Below are positions 10,097 to 19,422 of a stretch of DNA of 64,000 nucleotides, piece by piece. Location: positions 2,777 to 66,776 of the forward strand of contig CALLXS010000054.1 of the NCBI GenBank assembly GCA_937875295.1, given 5' to 3'. The first letter of the stretch is position 1; each line of letters opens with the position of its first letter. This stretch comes from an uncultured bacterium (lineage in GTDB: Bacteria > Bacteroidota > Ignavibacteria > Kapaibacteriales > UBA2268). Under the pieces are notes generated by a model. The model made no database searches. It was not told the origin of the DNA and was given only the letters and a program-made list of their open reading frames with translations. The position numbers and the translations under genes were made by a program.

Positions 10097-10381
10097 TTAA
10101 GCAAATTGAGCTAAATATACTCCAAGAATTGTAAGACCTGTGAGAATATGTACGCTCAAGAAAATTAAACCCAAATTGAGTGGTGAAGATGTTTGTGTAA
10201 AATCAATTTTAGTATAAATATTTTGTGCGATGCTTGATAGCGCTATTGCTATACATTCAGCAATAATTAAAAGCAGAATAGTTCGTATTTCTGCAAAACT
10301 TGGCACCAAGAGAAAGGCAGCAACTAATCCGCCGAATATCCAAACGAAGTGCCGTTTAAAGAATTGAATGTAGGTTTCCAT
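10097..10381 (-). CDS. Small three-helix membrane protein, holin-like by context
   Basis: 94 aa with three predicted TM helices, immediately upstream of the CHAP hydrolase gene. Functional assignment is inference only. Confidence 0.3.
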   Translation of the reverse strand: METYIQFFKRHFVWIFGGLVAAFLLVPSFAEIRTILLLIIAECIAIALSSIAQNIYTKIDFTQTSSPLNLGLIFLSVHILTGLTILGVYLAQFA

Positions 10382-10402
10382 AATTTTATTTATTTAATTG
10401 TT

Positions 10403-10816
10403 TTATAATTCGTTAATTAAGGACTGATTTTTCCTTACCAAAATAAATGGAGGTTGATATTCCCGCCAATTTAATTGGATTTCTCCATTCTGGAGTTGTT
10501 TTAATAATTTATAAGTATCGATTTTTTTCAAGACAATTGCATTAGGCACAGACATTTTAGTATAAGCAGCTTCGTATAGATGTATTATTGTTAAATCTTT
10601 AGCTATTAATTCGATAAGAGGTGGAATGTTATCAAAATCAAAATGTAAGCTATATCTACCTGTTAAGTATGAATCGATAATAGTCTCAGCAAATTTCTCT
10701 GCTTCTTTGATTCTTTCAATATCAAGTTGTCCATCGCCATTATCAGTAAGCCTTAGAGCTTCTTTTGTACCCAATGCTTCAATTATTTTCTCTGGGGAAT
10801 AATAATAAAATATCAT
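10403..10816 (-). CDS. Mu gp36-like protein (DUF1320)
   Basis: Pattern LTDNGDGQLDIERIKEAEKFAETIIDSYLTGRYSL...LIAKDLTIIHLYE fits DUF1320. Start placed at the internal MIFYYY methionine, because the longer ORF overlaps the upstream gene. Confidence 0.55.
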   Translation of the reverse strand: MIFYYYSPEKIIEALGTKEALRLTDNGDGQLDIERIKEAEKFAETIIDSYLTGRYSLHFDFDNIPPLIELIAKDLTIIHLYEAAYTKMSVPNAIVLKKIDTYKLLKQLQNGEIQLNWREYQPPFILVRKNQSLINEL

Positions 10817-10853
10817 ATTTAGTTGAATTTTGAAATTATAATAATAGTTTATT

Positions 10854-11201
10854 CTATACAACTAATTTTATTTTAATAATAGAACCAGCCGTACCGGGGC
10901 TAAGTGCAGTAGCAACCCAATCAGAAGTTTCTGTTTTTTTACATGCTTTCCCTCCTGTATTCGATACGCTTACTTTTTCCCCTATATTAATAGCATCTAA
11001 TATTTCTACCAATACTACTCCATAGCTAATAATTGACATTGTGTCTCCCATATTCCATGAGGTTTCGCTCACACCTACTGGATTTTCACTTGCACCGCAA
11101 AGTGATCCTTTCGCATTTACGAAGCGAAAAGGTAATATTTCAGAATCTGCTTTAATTGTAATTAATTGTAGAGGGATTGCAGTTTGTTGTTTGGTTATCA
11201 T
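10854..11201 (-). CDS. DUF2190-like small phage head protein
   Basis: 115 aa, Gly-rich beta pattern (GDTMSIISYGVVLV...GEKVSVSNTGGKA...GTAGSIIKIKL) resembling DUF2190. Lies between the capsid and gp36 genes. Confidence 0.45.
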   Translation of the reverse strand: MITKQQTAIPLQLITIKADSEILPFRFVNAKGSLCGASENPVGVSETSWNMGDTMSIISYGVVLVEILDAINIGEKVSVSNTGGKACKKTETSDWVATALSPGTAGSIIKIKLVV

Positions 11202-11231
11202 ATTTCTTTCTTTCTTTTTTATGATTATTAA

Positions 11232-12170
11232 TTATGATACTACATTTGTAATAAGATGCGCAGCTTCTGGCATTGTCACTTTCCAACAAAAATTATCTGT
11301 ACATCTTATAATTTTGATTTTGCCACCATTTTCATAATATGTATCTACTTCTGGCATATTTTCAAGTTGGAATATATATCCTAATTGTGGATTATACTTA
11401 TTTTCTTTTTCATTGCCGACGCTCCTATAAGTCATTAAAATATTATTCTCCCAAATATTTCTTAAATTTATATTGTCTTGAGAATAAACTGCAGTGCTTA
11501 CAATTATATTTTCTATCTGTAGATAATCCTTTATCATATTTAAATTTGGTTTGATTAATTTATGATTATATATTAGCTCGGTGATAGTTTCTGAATTAAT
11601 AATTGCTTCTAATACAGAATTATTTAATATAACTGTATTTGGGATCCGACCAGTTTTTAATCTAATGCTTTCTTTTGTTGAATTAATAAGTTCGATAATA
11701 TTAATAGTCGAAGTTGGATTGTTAATAGAATCAGAATCGGAGATTTGAGTAAGGTTATTTAGATTAAAGTTATCTGGATTTTGTAAATAATTACAAATTT
11801 CTATTTCTCTATTTAAGGAGAGAGAGTCCCAAAGCTGTTTAGTAATTATTTGTTCATATTTGCTATAACTATTTGATTGACTGCTTTCTAAGTAATCTAT
11901 AGCCATTTCTAAATCTTGCTCTTGAGTTTCGTAAGGTGTGAGAATGAAGTCAGTAGCAGGTATCCTATTTGAATCAGCACGAATAGCGCGGTCGGTACTT
12001 CTTGCGACAAAAGCATCTTTACCAAAAATTGGAATGTTTCCTTTTGATTTCTTTACTTTTACAGTGTGAAATAATTCTTTAGATAGAAATAAATCATTTT
12101 TGTGCAACTGCACTAATGTAGTAAGCACAGGGTCAATACTACGCAAATTGTCTAATCTTTTTGCAGACAT
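11232..12170 (-). CDS. Putative major capsid protein (Mu gpT-like position and size)
   Basis: 312 aa ORF between the protease/scaffold gene and the DUF2190/gp36 genes. Assigned by synteny and size; no motif recognised with certainty. Confidence 0.4.
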   Translation of the reverse strand: MSAKRLDNLRSIDPVLTTLVQLHKNDLFLSKELFHTVKVKKSKGNIPIFGKDAFVARSTDRAIRADSNRIPATDFILTPYETQEQDLEMAIDYLESSQSNSYSKYEQIITKQLWDSLSLNREIEICNYLQNPDNFNLNNLTQISDSDSINNPTSTINIIELINSTKESIRLKTGRIPNTVILNNSVLEAIINSETITELIYNHKLIKPNLNMIKDYLQIENIIVSTAVYSQDNINLRNIWENNILMTYRSVGNEKENKYNPQLGYIFQLENMPEVDTYYENGGKIKIIRCTDNFCWKVTMPEAAHLITNVVS

Positions 12171-12218
12171 ATTTGATTATCTCCTTTATTTAAAAATGAA
12201 ATGATATAATAATAAAAT

Positions 12219-13142
12219 TTATTTGTCGATTAATTCTAAAGCTTCTTCGTATGATAATTCAGGGCGAGAAATCATAAGATCAATTGTATTATTGTGTTTT
12301 ATGAGTTTTTCATTATCGAAATGAGAAAAATTTGAATCAATTTTCGATATTGTAGAAATATTTTGTTTTGGTAATAATTGTTGCGAAATAGTTTTATTTT
12401 GAGAATTATTAATATTGCTTAAAATTGGTAATTTTACAATTTTTTCAGCAAAATTTTTAATTAGAGATAAATTATAATTTTCAGAATTATTTTGCGAATC
12501 ATATTCAAATGCTATATTCATTAATTCTGGTAAGCATTCATCTATAATTTGATTTAATGCGTTATTTGATGAAATATGAGTTATTTTAGAGCAGTAGTTT
12601 TTGTAATTCAATAATCTTTCAGCTTTTTGATATTTTTCAATATCTTTTTGATAACACGATATTTGTTCTTTCATTTTGCGATACTCTTCTGAATAATCAT
12701 TTTGTATTTTATAGTCATTTTCTTTTATCTCCAATTTATTAGCTAAATTATCATAATAATCAACAAATTCTGCAGGTTCTAATCCATTTACCGCAGGCGA
12801 GGCTGCTCCCAAAAAACCTTTATGCCTAAGCAATAGATCGGGATATAGGGAAATAGAGACTTTCTTAAATTTCCCTTGATTTAGTTCTTCTGAAAATTCT
12901 GGAGATATATCTCTTATTCCTGCTATTAATTTATCTGCGATTACTTTTAAGTACGCTACCCAGCCGTAAGCTGGAGAATTATCTTGAGGATGTCCCTTTA
13001 CAATTGGAGCTATAGCAGAATTATCAATTGCTAATTTTGAATTGTAATTATTAGCGATTTTCATCAAATCTTCTTTTGTGTATGTCTTTTCATTACCATT
13101 AGAGTCAATGAAAGTACCGATTCGAAATACTTCAATTTCCAT
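12219..13142 (-). CDS. Mu I-like prohead protease/scaffold protein
   Basis: N-terminal pattern IGTF..NG...TKEDL...NNYN...AIDNSAIAPIVKGH...PAYGWVAYLKVIADKL...KKVSISLYP matches the Mu-like I protease family. The C-terminal half is coiled-coil and low-complexity, as expected for a scaffold. Confidence 0.55.
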   Translation of the reverse strand: MEIEVFRIGTFIDSNGNEKTYTKEDLMKIANNYNSKLAIDNSAIAPIVKGHPQDNSPAYGWVAYLKVIADKLIAGIRDISPEFSEELNQGKFKKVSISLYPDLLLRHKGFLGAASPAVNGLEPAEFVDYYDNLANKLEIKENDYKIQNDYSEEYRKMKEQISCYQKDIEKYQKAERLLNYKNYCSKITHISSNNALNQIIDECLPELMNIAFEYDSQNNSENYNLSLIKNFAEKIVKLPILSNINNSQNKTISQQLLPKQNISTISKIDSNFSHFDNEKLIKHNNTIDLMISRPELSYEEALELIDK

Positions 13143-13400
13143 TATGTTTTTCCTTTATATGAGAAATAAAAATTATTTATTTTTTCTGAAAGCGAAATTA
13201 ATATCTTGTCTCGCTTGCGAAAACAAAAAGATTTTGAATTATTATTACATTCATTTTATAATTATTTTATTAGTACTAAATGACACAATCATTTTGCAGT
13301 TTAAAGTATAACAAAAAGAAATCAAATACGTTTACAATAAATTAGAAAAGAGAAATTGTAACTCTAAGACAAGCATAATCAATATTATTAGGTAATTACA

Positions 13401-14735
13401 TTGAATAAGAATAAAGTCCATTTTTTGAATTTTTTAATATTTCTTTGCATTATTGTAAGCTATAATTTAATTTCAAAGCCCACAACAAAAACCGAAAAAG
13501 CTCTCGAAAAAGCTTTTGAACATATCCAAAAGAATGAATTAGAAAAAGCTCACAAAGTATATTCTGATTTAATAAAGCAAAATCCAAAATCTCGAGATGC
13601 ACTTATTTCAAGAGCTGAATTTTATATTATGCTCGAGAAATATAATGAAGCAATTAGAGATTATAATCAATTATTGACTTTTGATACTCTAAATTCAGTA
13701 GCTTATTATAGAAGAGCTTACGCCAAAAATAAAGGTGATAGTATAGCTGTTGCAGTAAACGATTACAAAAAAGCACTTTCAATGGATAGCTCAAATATTG
13801 ATTTAATATTTGATTGGGCTCTATACAGTTTGACCTATGATAATATTCAAATCGCAATTGATAATTTAGAATTAGCATTAATTAAAGATTCTTCTCGTAC
13901 TGAAGGTTATGGCTATTTAGGGTATGCTTATTATAGAATGAATGAGTACGACAAATCATTAGAAAATTATAACAAAGCAATTTCTTATGATAAAAAGAAT
14001 ACTCAATTATACTTTAATCAAGCAAATACTTTATTGAAATTGGATAAATTCGACGAAGCAATTAATTCTTATACAAAAGCTATTGAATTAGACCCTAATT
14101 TTGAAGATGCATATGAAAATCGATCATTTGCATATTATCGCATAGGAAATCTTGATAAAGCTGAAGCTGATAAATTGACTATTAAAGAAGTAAAAGAAAG
14201 GAAAATGGCCTCGTATGATGATAATATTGATTTATCAAAAAGCAAAGTATTTACTGACTCTACAAATCAATTAAAAATTTATATGCCTGAAGAATTTCAT
14301 CAGACATTTCTTTCGGATAGTGAGATAATTTCAATGGGGGTCACTCGAGAAAAAATCCCTGATATTTTCCAAGGATTCATTGTAGGAGTAATAGTTGAAA
14401 AAATTTTAGATCCATCAAAAACATTAAAAATTTCTGAACCAAGTGATTTAATAGGATATTTAAAAGCTTATGCAATAAGCACTGGAGAAAATGCCTTTTA
14501 TTCTAATATTATTACAGAGAAACAAAAACCACTCGGAAGGTATGGTCAAGGTGCATTTTATCAATCTATTTTGCAACAAATCAAATATTCAAGAGATTCT
14601 GAAGAAATCACACAATATATAGTAGGATATTTAAAATATAATACTTTGGTTATTCATAGATTTATTTACCCATCAGTTTTATCAGCTAAGTATGATAAAA
14701 TGGTGGAAATTGCAATTGATAGATTTGAATTCTAA
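13401..14735 (+). CDS. TPR-repeat protein with N-terminal membrane anchor/signal and an uncharacterised C-terminal domain
   Basis: Multiple 34-residue TPR-like repeats (A..YYRRAYA, AL..D..N.D) after a hydrophobic N-terminus. The C-terminal roughly 170 aa match nothing I recognise. Confidence 0.6.
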   Translation: MNKNKVHFLNFLIFLCIIVSYNLISKPTTKTEKALEKAFEHIQKNELEKAHKVYSDLIKQNPKSRDALISRAEFYIMLEKYNEAIRDYNQLLTFDTLNSVAYYRRAYAKNKGDSIAVAVNDYKKALSMDSSNIDLIFDWALYSLTYDNIQIAIDNLELALIKDSSRTEGYGYLGYAYYRMNEYDKSLENYNKAISYDKKNTQLYFNQANTLLKLDKFDEAINSYTKAIELDPNFEDAYENRSFAYYRIGNLDKAEADKLTIKEVKERKMASYDDNIDLSKSKVFTDSTNQLKIYMPEEFHQTFLSDSEIISMGVTREKIPDIFQGFIVGVIVEKILDPSKTLKISEPSDLIGYLKAYAISTGENAFYSNIITEKQKPLGRYGQGAFYQSILQQIKYSRDSEEITQYIVGYLKYNTLVIHRFIYPSVLSAKYDKMVEIAIDRFEF

Positions 14736-14773
14736 TCTAAATAAAATTAAAGCAAAATGTATTATTTATTTAT

Positions 14774-15415
14774 TTATTTAGATCTTACAGAAAAAAGTAA
14801 AATTATTGTCAATACAGATGCCGAAGCTACAATTACTGGAGATATATAATTGTCAAAAAATGATTTTTTCTCCGGTGGAAGTGGTGATTTTGTAAAAGGA
14901 AGTTCTGAACGCTCCAACCATTCAATTTCTGAAATGTTAATCGTGTCTGATAAAATTAAAGAGAAAGAATTATTTTTAGCATTCAACTTTGGAGAGCTTG
15001 ATTCATTATTATTCTGCATGATAGAATATTGAAACTCACTTTTAGCAATTCTCTTAAGCTGTTTTTTAGAATTTTTAATTTTATCGTAGTAAATATTATT
15101 TTCTATAATGTTAATATTAAGATTATAAGAAATTGAATCCATAGATAGTAATTTTTTATTAGAAAACTCAGTACTAATAATATTTTGCAAGAAAATAGAA
15201 GAACTGTGCTGATTTACATTTATATTATTTATCTTAATTTTATCTATGGACAACTGATTTGCTAGAATATTTGCGAATTTATTATTTATTTCCTCGATTA
15301 GCGACAAATTATCTTTTCTAATATCGCTATTTTCTTCACAATAAACACTCAAATTCAATAAAAATCCAAAGATTAATATTGCCATTAGATTTCGAAATAT
15401 TATTATTTTTATCAT
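14774..15415 (-). CDS. Hypothetical secreted/anchored protein
   Basis: N-terminal signal sequence and C-terminal hydrophobic helix; N/S/I-rich low-complexity sequence. Confidence 0.35.
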   Translation of the reverse strand: MIKIIIFRNLMAILIFGFLLNLSVYCEENSDIRKDNLSLIEEINNKFANILANQLSIDKIKINNINVNQHSSSIFLQNIISTEFSNKKLLSMDSISYNLNINIIENNIYYDKIKNSKKQLKRIAKSEFQYSIMQNNNESSSPKLNAKNNSFSLILSDTINISEIEWLERSELPFTKSPLPPEKKSFFDNYISPVIVASASVLTIILLFSVRSK

Positions 15416-15599
15416 GGAAAAAAATCAATTCTATAATTAGAAGATAAATTAATATTTAACATATTTTTAAACAAAAAAATGTTATATTGCAAAATTATGT
15501 ATTAATTTAACAATTACAATAATAAATAATTATATTTTTGTAAATAAATTTTAATACAAATAATTAATCGAAAATCTATTATATAAAAATATAAATAAA

Positions 15600-16688
15600 A
15601 TGAAAAAAGTAGCAGTTATTATGGCCGGTGGCACCGGAAACAGACTCTGGCCCCGGGCAAATGAAAATACACCTGAGCAATTTTTACATTTCACAGGCGA
15701 AGGTACTATGCTTCAAAATACTTTCATAAGGCTTTTGCCAGTATTTAATATTGAAGATATTTATATTGTAGCATCTGATAATATGAAAGAGTTAATTTAC
15801 AATCAATTACCTCAAATTCCACCTGAAAATGTGGTTCTCGAACCATTTGGAAAGCATACTGCCCCTTGTCTTGCTTTAACAGATTTATTGCTTAAAGATA
15901 AATATGACGAGGATACAGTAATGACTGCTTTCCCTGCAGACCATTCAATATATAATATACGTGAATTTCAATATTGCATAGATTTAGCTATTGAATTTGC
16001 ATCTTTTAAAAATTGTATTGTTACAATAGGAGTCAAACCTACCCGGCCAGAAACTGATTTTGGATATGTACAAATTCGTAATTCTCAAGCAGGAATAGAA
16101 GAATATTATCCCAAAGGCATTCGGTATAGTGCTGCTTTTGCTGAAAAACCAGATATCGATACAGCTAAGAGATTTGTTGAATCGACTGATTTCTTATGGA
16201 ATACAGGTATATATACTTGGTCATTAAAAACTTTTAGAGAGCAATTTGCACAACATTTGCCGGAAAATGATATATTGTTCCAGACCTTGAGAGATAAAAA
16301 ATTCTCTGATATTTCTATGGAAGAAATAGAATACGTATATCGTCAAGTGCAAGCTGTTTCATTGGACTATAGTATTTTAGAAAAAGCAAGCGATGTATTT
16401 GTAGTCGAGGGGTCTTTCCGTTGGAGTGATTTAAGCAATTGGGACGAAATTTACAGACTTGCTATCAAAGATAGCAGAAACAATTTAATCGAAGGAAATG
16501 TTCTTGCAATAGATACTTCTAATTGTTTTATTAGCTCGCAAGAGAAAATGATTGGGGCTGTAGGAGTGAAAGATATTTTTGTTATAGAAGGTGATAATTC
16601 TATAGTAATATGCAAGAGAGGAGATTCTGAAAACATAAAGCAAATAGTAGATCATTTTAAAAGGAAACAAGTAAATAAATTTATATAA
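15600..16688 (+). CDS. manC: Mannose-1-phosphate guanylyltransferase
   Basis: N-terminal AVIMAGGTGNRLWP nucleotidyltransferase motif; length and layout match the ManC/CpsB family. Confidence 0.8.
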   Translation: MKKVAVIMAGGTGNRLWPRANENTPEQFLHFTGEGTMLQNTFIRLLPVFNIEDIYIVASDNMKELIYNQLPQIPPENVVLEPFGKHTAPCLALTDLLLKDKYDEDTVMTAFPADHSIYNIREFQYCIDLAIEFASFKNCIVTIGVKPTRPETDFGYVQIRNSQAGIEEYYPKGIRYSAAFAEKPDIDTAKRFVESTDFLWNTGIYTWSLKTFREQFAQHLPENDILFQTLRDKKFSDISMEEIEYVYRQVQAVSLDYSILEKASDVFVVEGSFRWSDLSNWDEIYRLAIKDSRNNLIEGNVLAIDTSNCFISSQEKMIGAVGVKDIFVIEGDNSIVICKRGDSENIKQIVDHFKRKQVNKFI

Positions 16689-16725
16689 GTAAATAAATAT
16701 CATTTTTATATAGCTGATTTTAAAT

Positions 16726-17610
16726 ATGAAAAAAAATACTAAAGGCATAATCCTCGCAGGAGGTAGCGGAACACGCTTATATCCTCTTACTGCTGTAGCA
16801 AGCAAGCAGTTGCAAGTAGTATATGATAAACCAATGATCTATTATCCCATTGCATTGCTTATGCTCTCCGGAATAAAAGAAATATTAATAATTACTACAC
16901 CTTATGATATGCCAAATTTCAAAAAATTGCTGAAAGATGGTTCGCAATGGGGAATTAAACTAGAATATAAAATTCAGGAAGAACCAAAAGGTATTGCCCA
17001 AGCATTTATTATTGGTAAAGATTTCATTGAAAATCATCAAGTTTGCTTAATATTAGGTGATAATCTTTTTTATGGAAAATTGGATTTCCTTAGAAATGGT
17101 ATAGCAAACAACAATGGTGGTACTATTTTTGGATACCCTGTAAATAACCCAAAAGATTATGGAGTAGTAGAATTTGATTCAAAAGGAAATGTAATAAGTA
17201 TAGAAGAAAAGCCGGAATCGCCAAAATCTAACTATGCAATACCGGGAGCATATATTTTTGATGAAAATGCATGCGAAATTGCTCAAAAAATAAAACCGGG
17301 CAAAAGAGGTGAATTAGAAATTACCGATATGCAAAGAGAATACTTAAAAATGAATAAACTAAATGTAGTTACTATCGGCAGAGGAATAGCTTGGCTCGAT
17401 ACTGGCACTCCGGAAACTATGCTCGAAGCCTCTACTTTTATACATTCTATTGAAAAAAGACAAGGTAGGAAAATTGCATGCTTAGAAGAAATTGCTTTGA
17501 ATATGGGATATTTGAATGAAAATGAATATCAAAACACATTAAATAATTTACCAAATTGTCTATATAAAGATTATTGCAATATGGTATTAAATGAATATAC
17601 TAAAGCCTAA
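16726..17610 (+). CDS. rfbA: Glucose-1-phosphate thymidylyltransferase
   Basis: GIILAGGSGTRLYPLT motif, with a KQL..VYDKPMIYYP region characteristic of RmlA. Confidence 0.85.
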   Translation: MKKNTKGIILAGGSGTRLYPLTAVASKQLQVVYDKPMIYYPIALLMLSGIKEILIITTPYDMPNFKKLLKDGSQWGIKLEYKIQEEPKGIAQAFIIGKDFIENHQVCLILGDNLFYGKLDFLRNGIANNNGGTIFGYPVNNPKDYGVVEFDSKGNVISIEEKPESPKSNYAIPGAYIFDENACEIAQKIKPGKRGELEITDMQREYLKMNKLNVVTIGRGIAWLDTGTPETMLEASTFIHSIEKRQGRKIACLEEIALNMGYLNENEYQNTLNNLPNCLYKDYCNMVLNEYTKA

Positions 17611-18238
17611 AATGAAAAAATTATTCTATATAATATTTTTTTATTTATTACTTACTCCTTTTATATCCTCAAGTATTATTGAATCAGAAAATATTATTAT
17701 TGATTCTAATATGACTTTCGAAGAATCAATTAAAGGTACTAAAGCTCCAAAATCAATTATTGATAATCTGATGCTGCTCGATGTAATGTATTATTCTACA
17801 GATAAAAAACTACATAAAGGACAAATTGTAATTTCAAAGTCTGTAGAAAAAGATATTTCAAGTATTTTTGAAATTGCTATTAAAGAGAAATTTATTATTG
17901 AGAAGTGCATTCCGATTGTAAAGTATAATTGGAGTGATAATAAATCAATGGCTAACAATAATACTTCATCATTTAATTATCGCAAGGTAAGTGGATCTAA
18001 AAATCTTTCTAAACATTCCTATGGTTTAGCAATTGATATTAATCCAAAATATAATCCCGTAGTTTATAAGAATGGGAGAATTTCCCCAAAAGGTGCTACA
18101 TACGATATAAATAAAAATGGGACTTTATCAAAGAAATCTGCTATAATAGACGCATTCAAAAAGCTAGGATGGAAATGGGGAGGAGAATTTAGATCCTTTA
18201 AGGATTATCATCATTTCCAAAAAATATCCAATAAATAA
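17591..18238 (+). CDS. M15-family (LAS) zinc peptidase, VanY/D-Ala-D-Ala carboxypeptidase-like
   Basis: SxHxxGxAxD-type motif HSYGLAIDINP and a C-terminal DYHHFQ His motif. Signal peptide. The true start may be the internal Met at 17612. Confidence 0.6.
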   Translation: MNILKPKMKKLFYIIFFYLLLTPFISSSIIESENIIIDSNMTFEESIKGTKAPKSIIDNLMLLDVMYYSTDKKLHKGQIVISKSVEKDISSIFEIAIKEKFIIEKCIPIVKYNWSDNKSMANNNTSSFNYRKVSGSKNLSKHSYGLAIDINPKYNPVVYKNGRISPKGATYDINKNGTLSKKSAIIDAFKKLGWKWGGEFRSFKDYHHFQKISNK

Positions 18239-18270
18239 CTACATTTTTAAAATTATAAATTACAATTTAA

Positions 18271-19284
18271 ATGAAAAGATTTTTACAATTCATTGTGATA
18301 ACTTTTGTTATTATGTCTATTACTGCTCAAAGCGAAGAAACAGATTCAGAAAATGAAAAAGTTGATATTACCCCCAAAATATTAGCTTTAGTTCGTGCAA
18401 AAGCTGAGCAAAATTTAAGTATTCAAAATATGAATTTTATGGTGCGTAACGCAAGATTTGGCGTAAAAGGTAGGCTAACTCACCAAATATCTTATAAAAT
18501 TGAAATTGATTGGATGGATAAAGAAGATATTGATATGAACGATGCCAAGATCATTTATAGTCCAATAAAAGTTTTAGAATTTACTATTGGTCAATTTAAA
18601 GTGCCGTTTGCAAACGATTATCATAGGAATCCAGCAGATTATTCCTTTGCAAATCGTAATTTTATTACTAAGAGAATTATGAAAAATTTACGCGATGTAG
18701 GGGTTATGGCTGGATATTCCTTGCCATTTAAAACAGTACCGACTAAGCTAGAATTAGGAATATTTAATGGAAATTCATCTAATACATTTGAGCATGATTT
18801 ATATAAAGCCGTAGCAGGCAAAATATCAATTTCTCCATTTAAAAATTCATTTTTAACTTTTTCTGGATATAATGGAGAAGTTACATTAGATAAAGTATCT
18901 AGAAAACATATTATGGCTGAAATGCTTGGTGCTTCTTTTACTCAAAATATAGGGAATTTCTTTATTGATATAGAAGGTGCTTATAAAGGTTATAAAGACT
19001 CATTAAAAACAAAATATTGGGCTGCTTTTGGAGTGCTTGCTTATGATATCCCAATTGCAAATAGTTCATTATTAAAAATTACTCCAGCAATTAGATTTGA
19101 TATGCAGGATAGAAATCATGACTTTTTAGATGAATCACCTCGCAGGATTTCTGCAGGAGTTACATTTCATTTAAAAGAAAATAATAATTCCTATTTTAGA
19201 TTAGACTTTGAAAAATACTCTTATAAGTCTGGATTCAAGAGTGAAAGCGACATGATTACACTTGAATATGTAATCAGATATTAA
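18271..19284 (+). CDS. Outer-membrane beta-barrel porin (phosphate-selective OprO/P-like, tentative)
   Basis: Signal peptide, alternating amphipathic beta pattern, and a C-terminal aromatic residue (..LEYVIRY). Confidence 0.4.
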   Translation: MKRFLQFIVITFVIMSITAQSEETDSENEKVDITPKILALVRAKAEQNLSIQNMNFMVRNARFGVKGRLTHQISYKIEIDWMDKEDIDMNDAKIIYSPIKVLEFTIGQFKVPFANDYHRNPADYSFANRNFITKRIMKNLRDVGVMAGYSLPFKTVPTKLELGIFNGNSSNTFEHDLYKAVAGKISISPFKNSFLTFSGYNGEVTLDKVSRKHIMAEMLGASFTQNIGNFFIDIEGAYKGYKDSLKTKYWAAFGVLAYDIPIANSSLLKITPAIRFDMQDRNHDFLDESPRRISAGVTFHLKENNNSYFRLDFEKYSYKSGFKSESDMITLEYVIRY

Positions 19285-19320
19285 AAAATAAAAAAAAAGA
19301 AAAAAAATTTAAAAAAAAAT

Positions 19321-19347
19321 TAAAGTTTTAAAAATCGATGTCGATAT
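19321..19347 (+). promoter_or_regulatory. Sigma-28 (FliA)-type promoter upstream of flagellin, preceded by an A-tract UP-like region
   Basis: TAAA-N15-GTCGATAT against the consensus TAAA-N15-GCCGATAA (6/8 in the -10 element). A-tracts at 19285-19320. FlgM is encoded in the same locus. Confidence 0.45.
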
Positions 19348-19358
19348 TTAATTCTGAA

Positions 19359-19415
19359 CAGGAAAACAATTTAAACGGCAGGATGCCTCAAACAAAATAA
19401 TTTTATACACGGAGG
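19359..19415 (+). promoter_or_regulatory. fliC 5' leader with three GGA motifs, including the hairpin ggca-GGA-tgcc and a GGA within the Shine-Dalgarno (CsrA-type site candidates)
   Basis: caGGAaaac (19361), hairpin GGCAGGATGCC (19377-19387), SD acGGAGGt (19409-19416). The start codon is at 19423. Confidence 0.35.
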
Positions 19416-19422
19416 TTTTTTT

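Larger units (their letters stand above)
7097..13142 (-). mobile_element. Phage-derived island: Mu-like head module plus lysis cassette, lacking terminase, tail and integrase (prophage remnant or domesticated capsid cassette)
   Basis: Nine co-oriented, tightly packed genes bounded by a hairpin/terminator at 7021-7058 and a divergent promoter region at 13143-13400, with host-type genes on both flanks. Confidence 0.5.

Noticed and set aside
11041-11554. Plus-strand ORFs of 98 and 71 aa within the phage cassette
   Set aside because: Antisense to the DUF2190 and capsid genes, with no independent support.
7097-13142. Interpretation as a complete inducible prophage
   Set aside because: No terminase, tail sheath/tube, baseplate, integrase, transposase or repressor genes, and the block is bounded by host genes within 6 kb.
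16485-16805. 106-aa minus-strand ORF spanning the manC/rfbA junction
   Set aside because: Antisense to two clearly identified nucleotidyltransferase genes.
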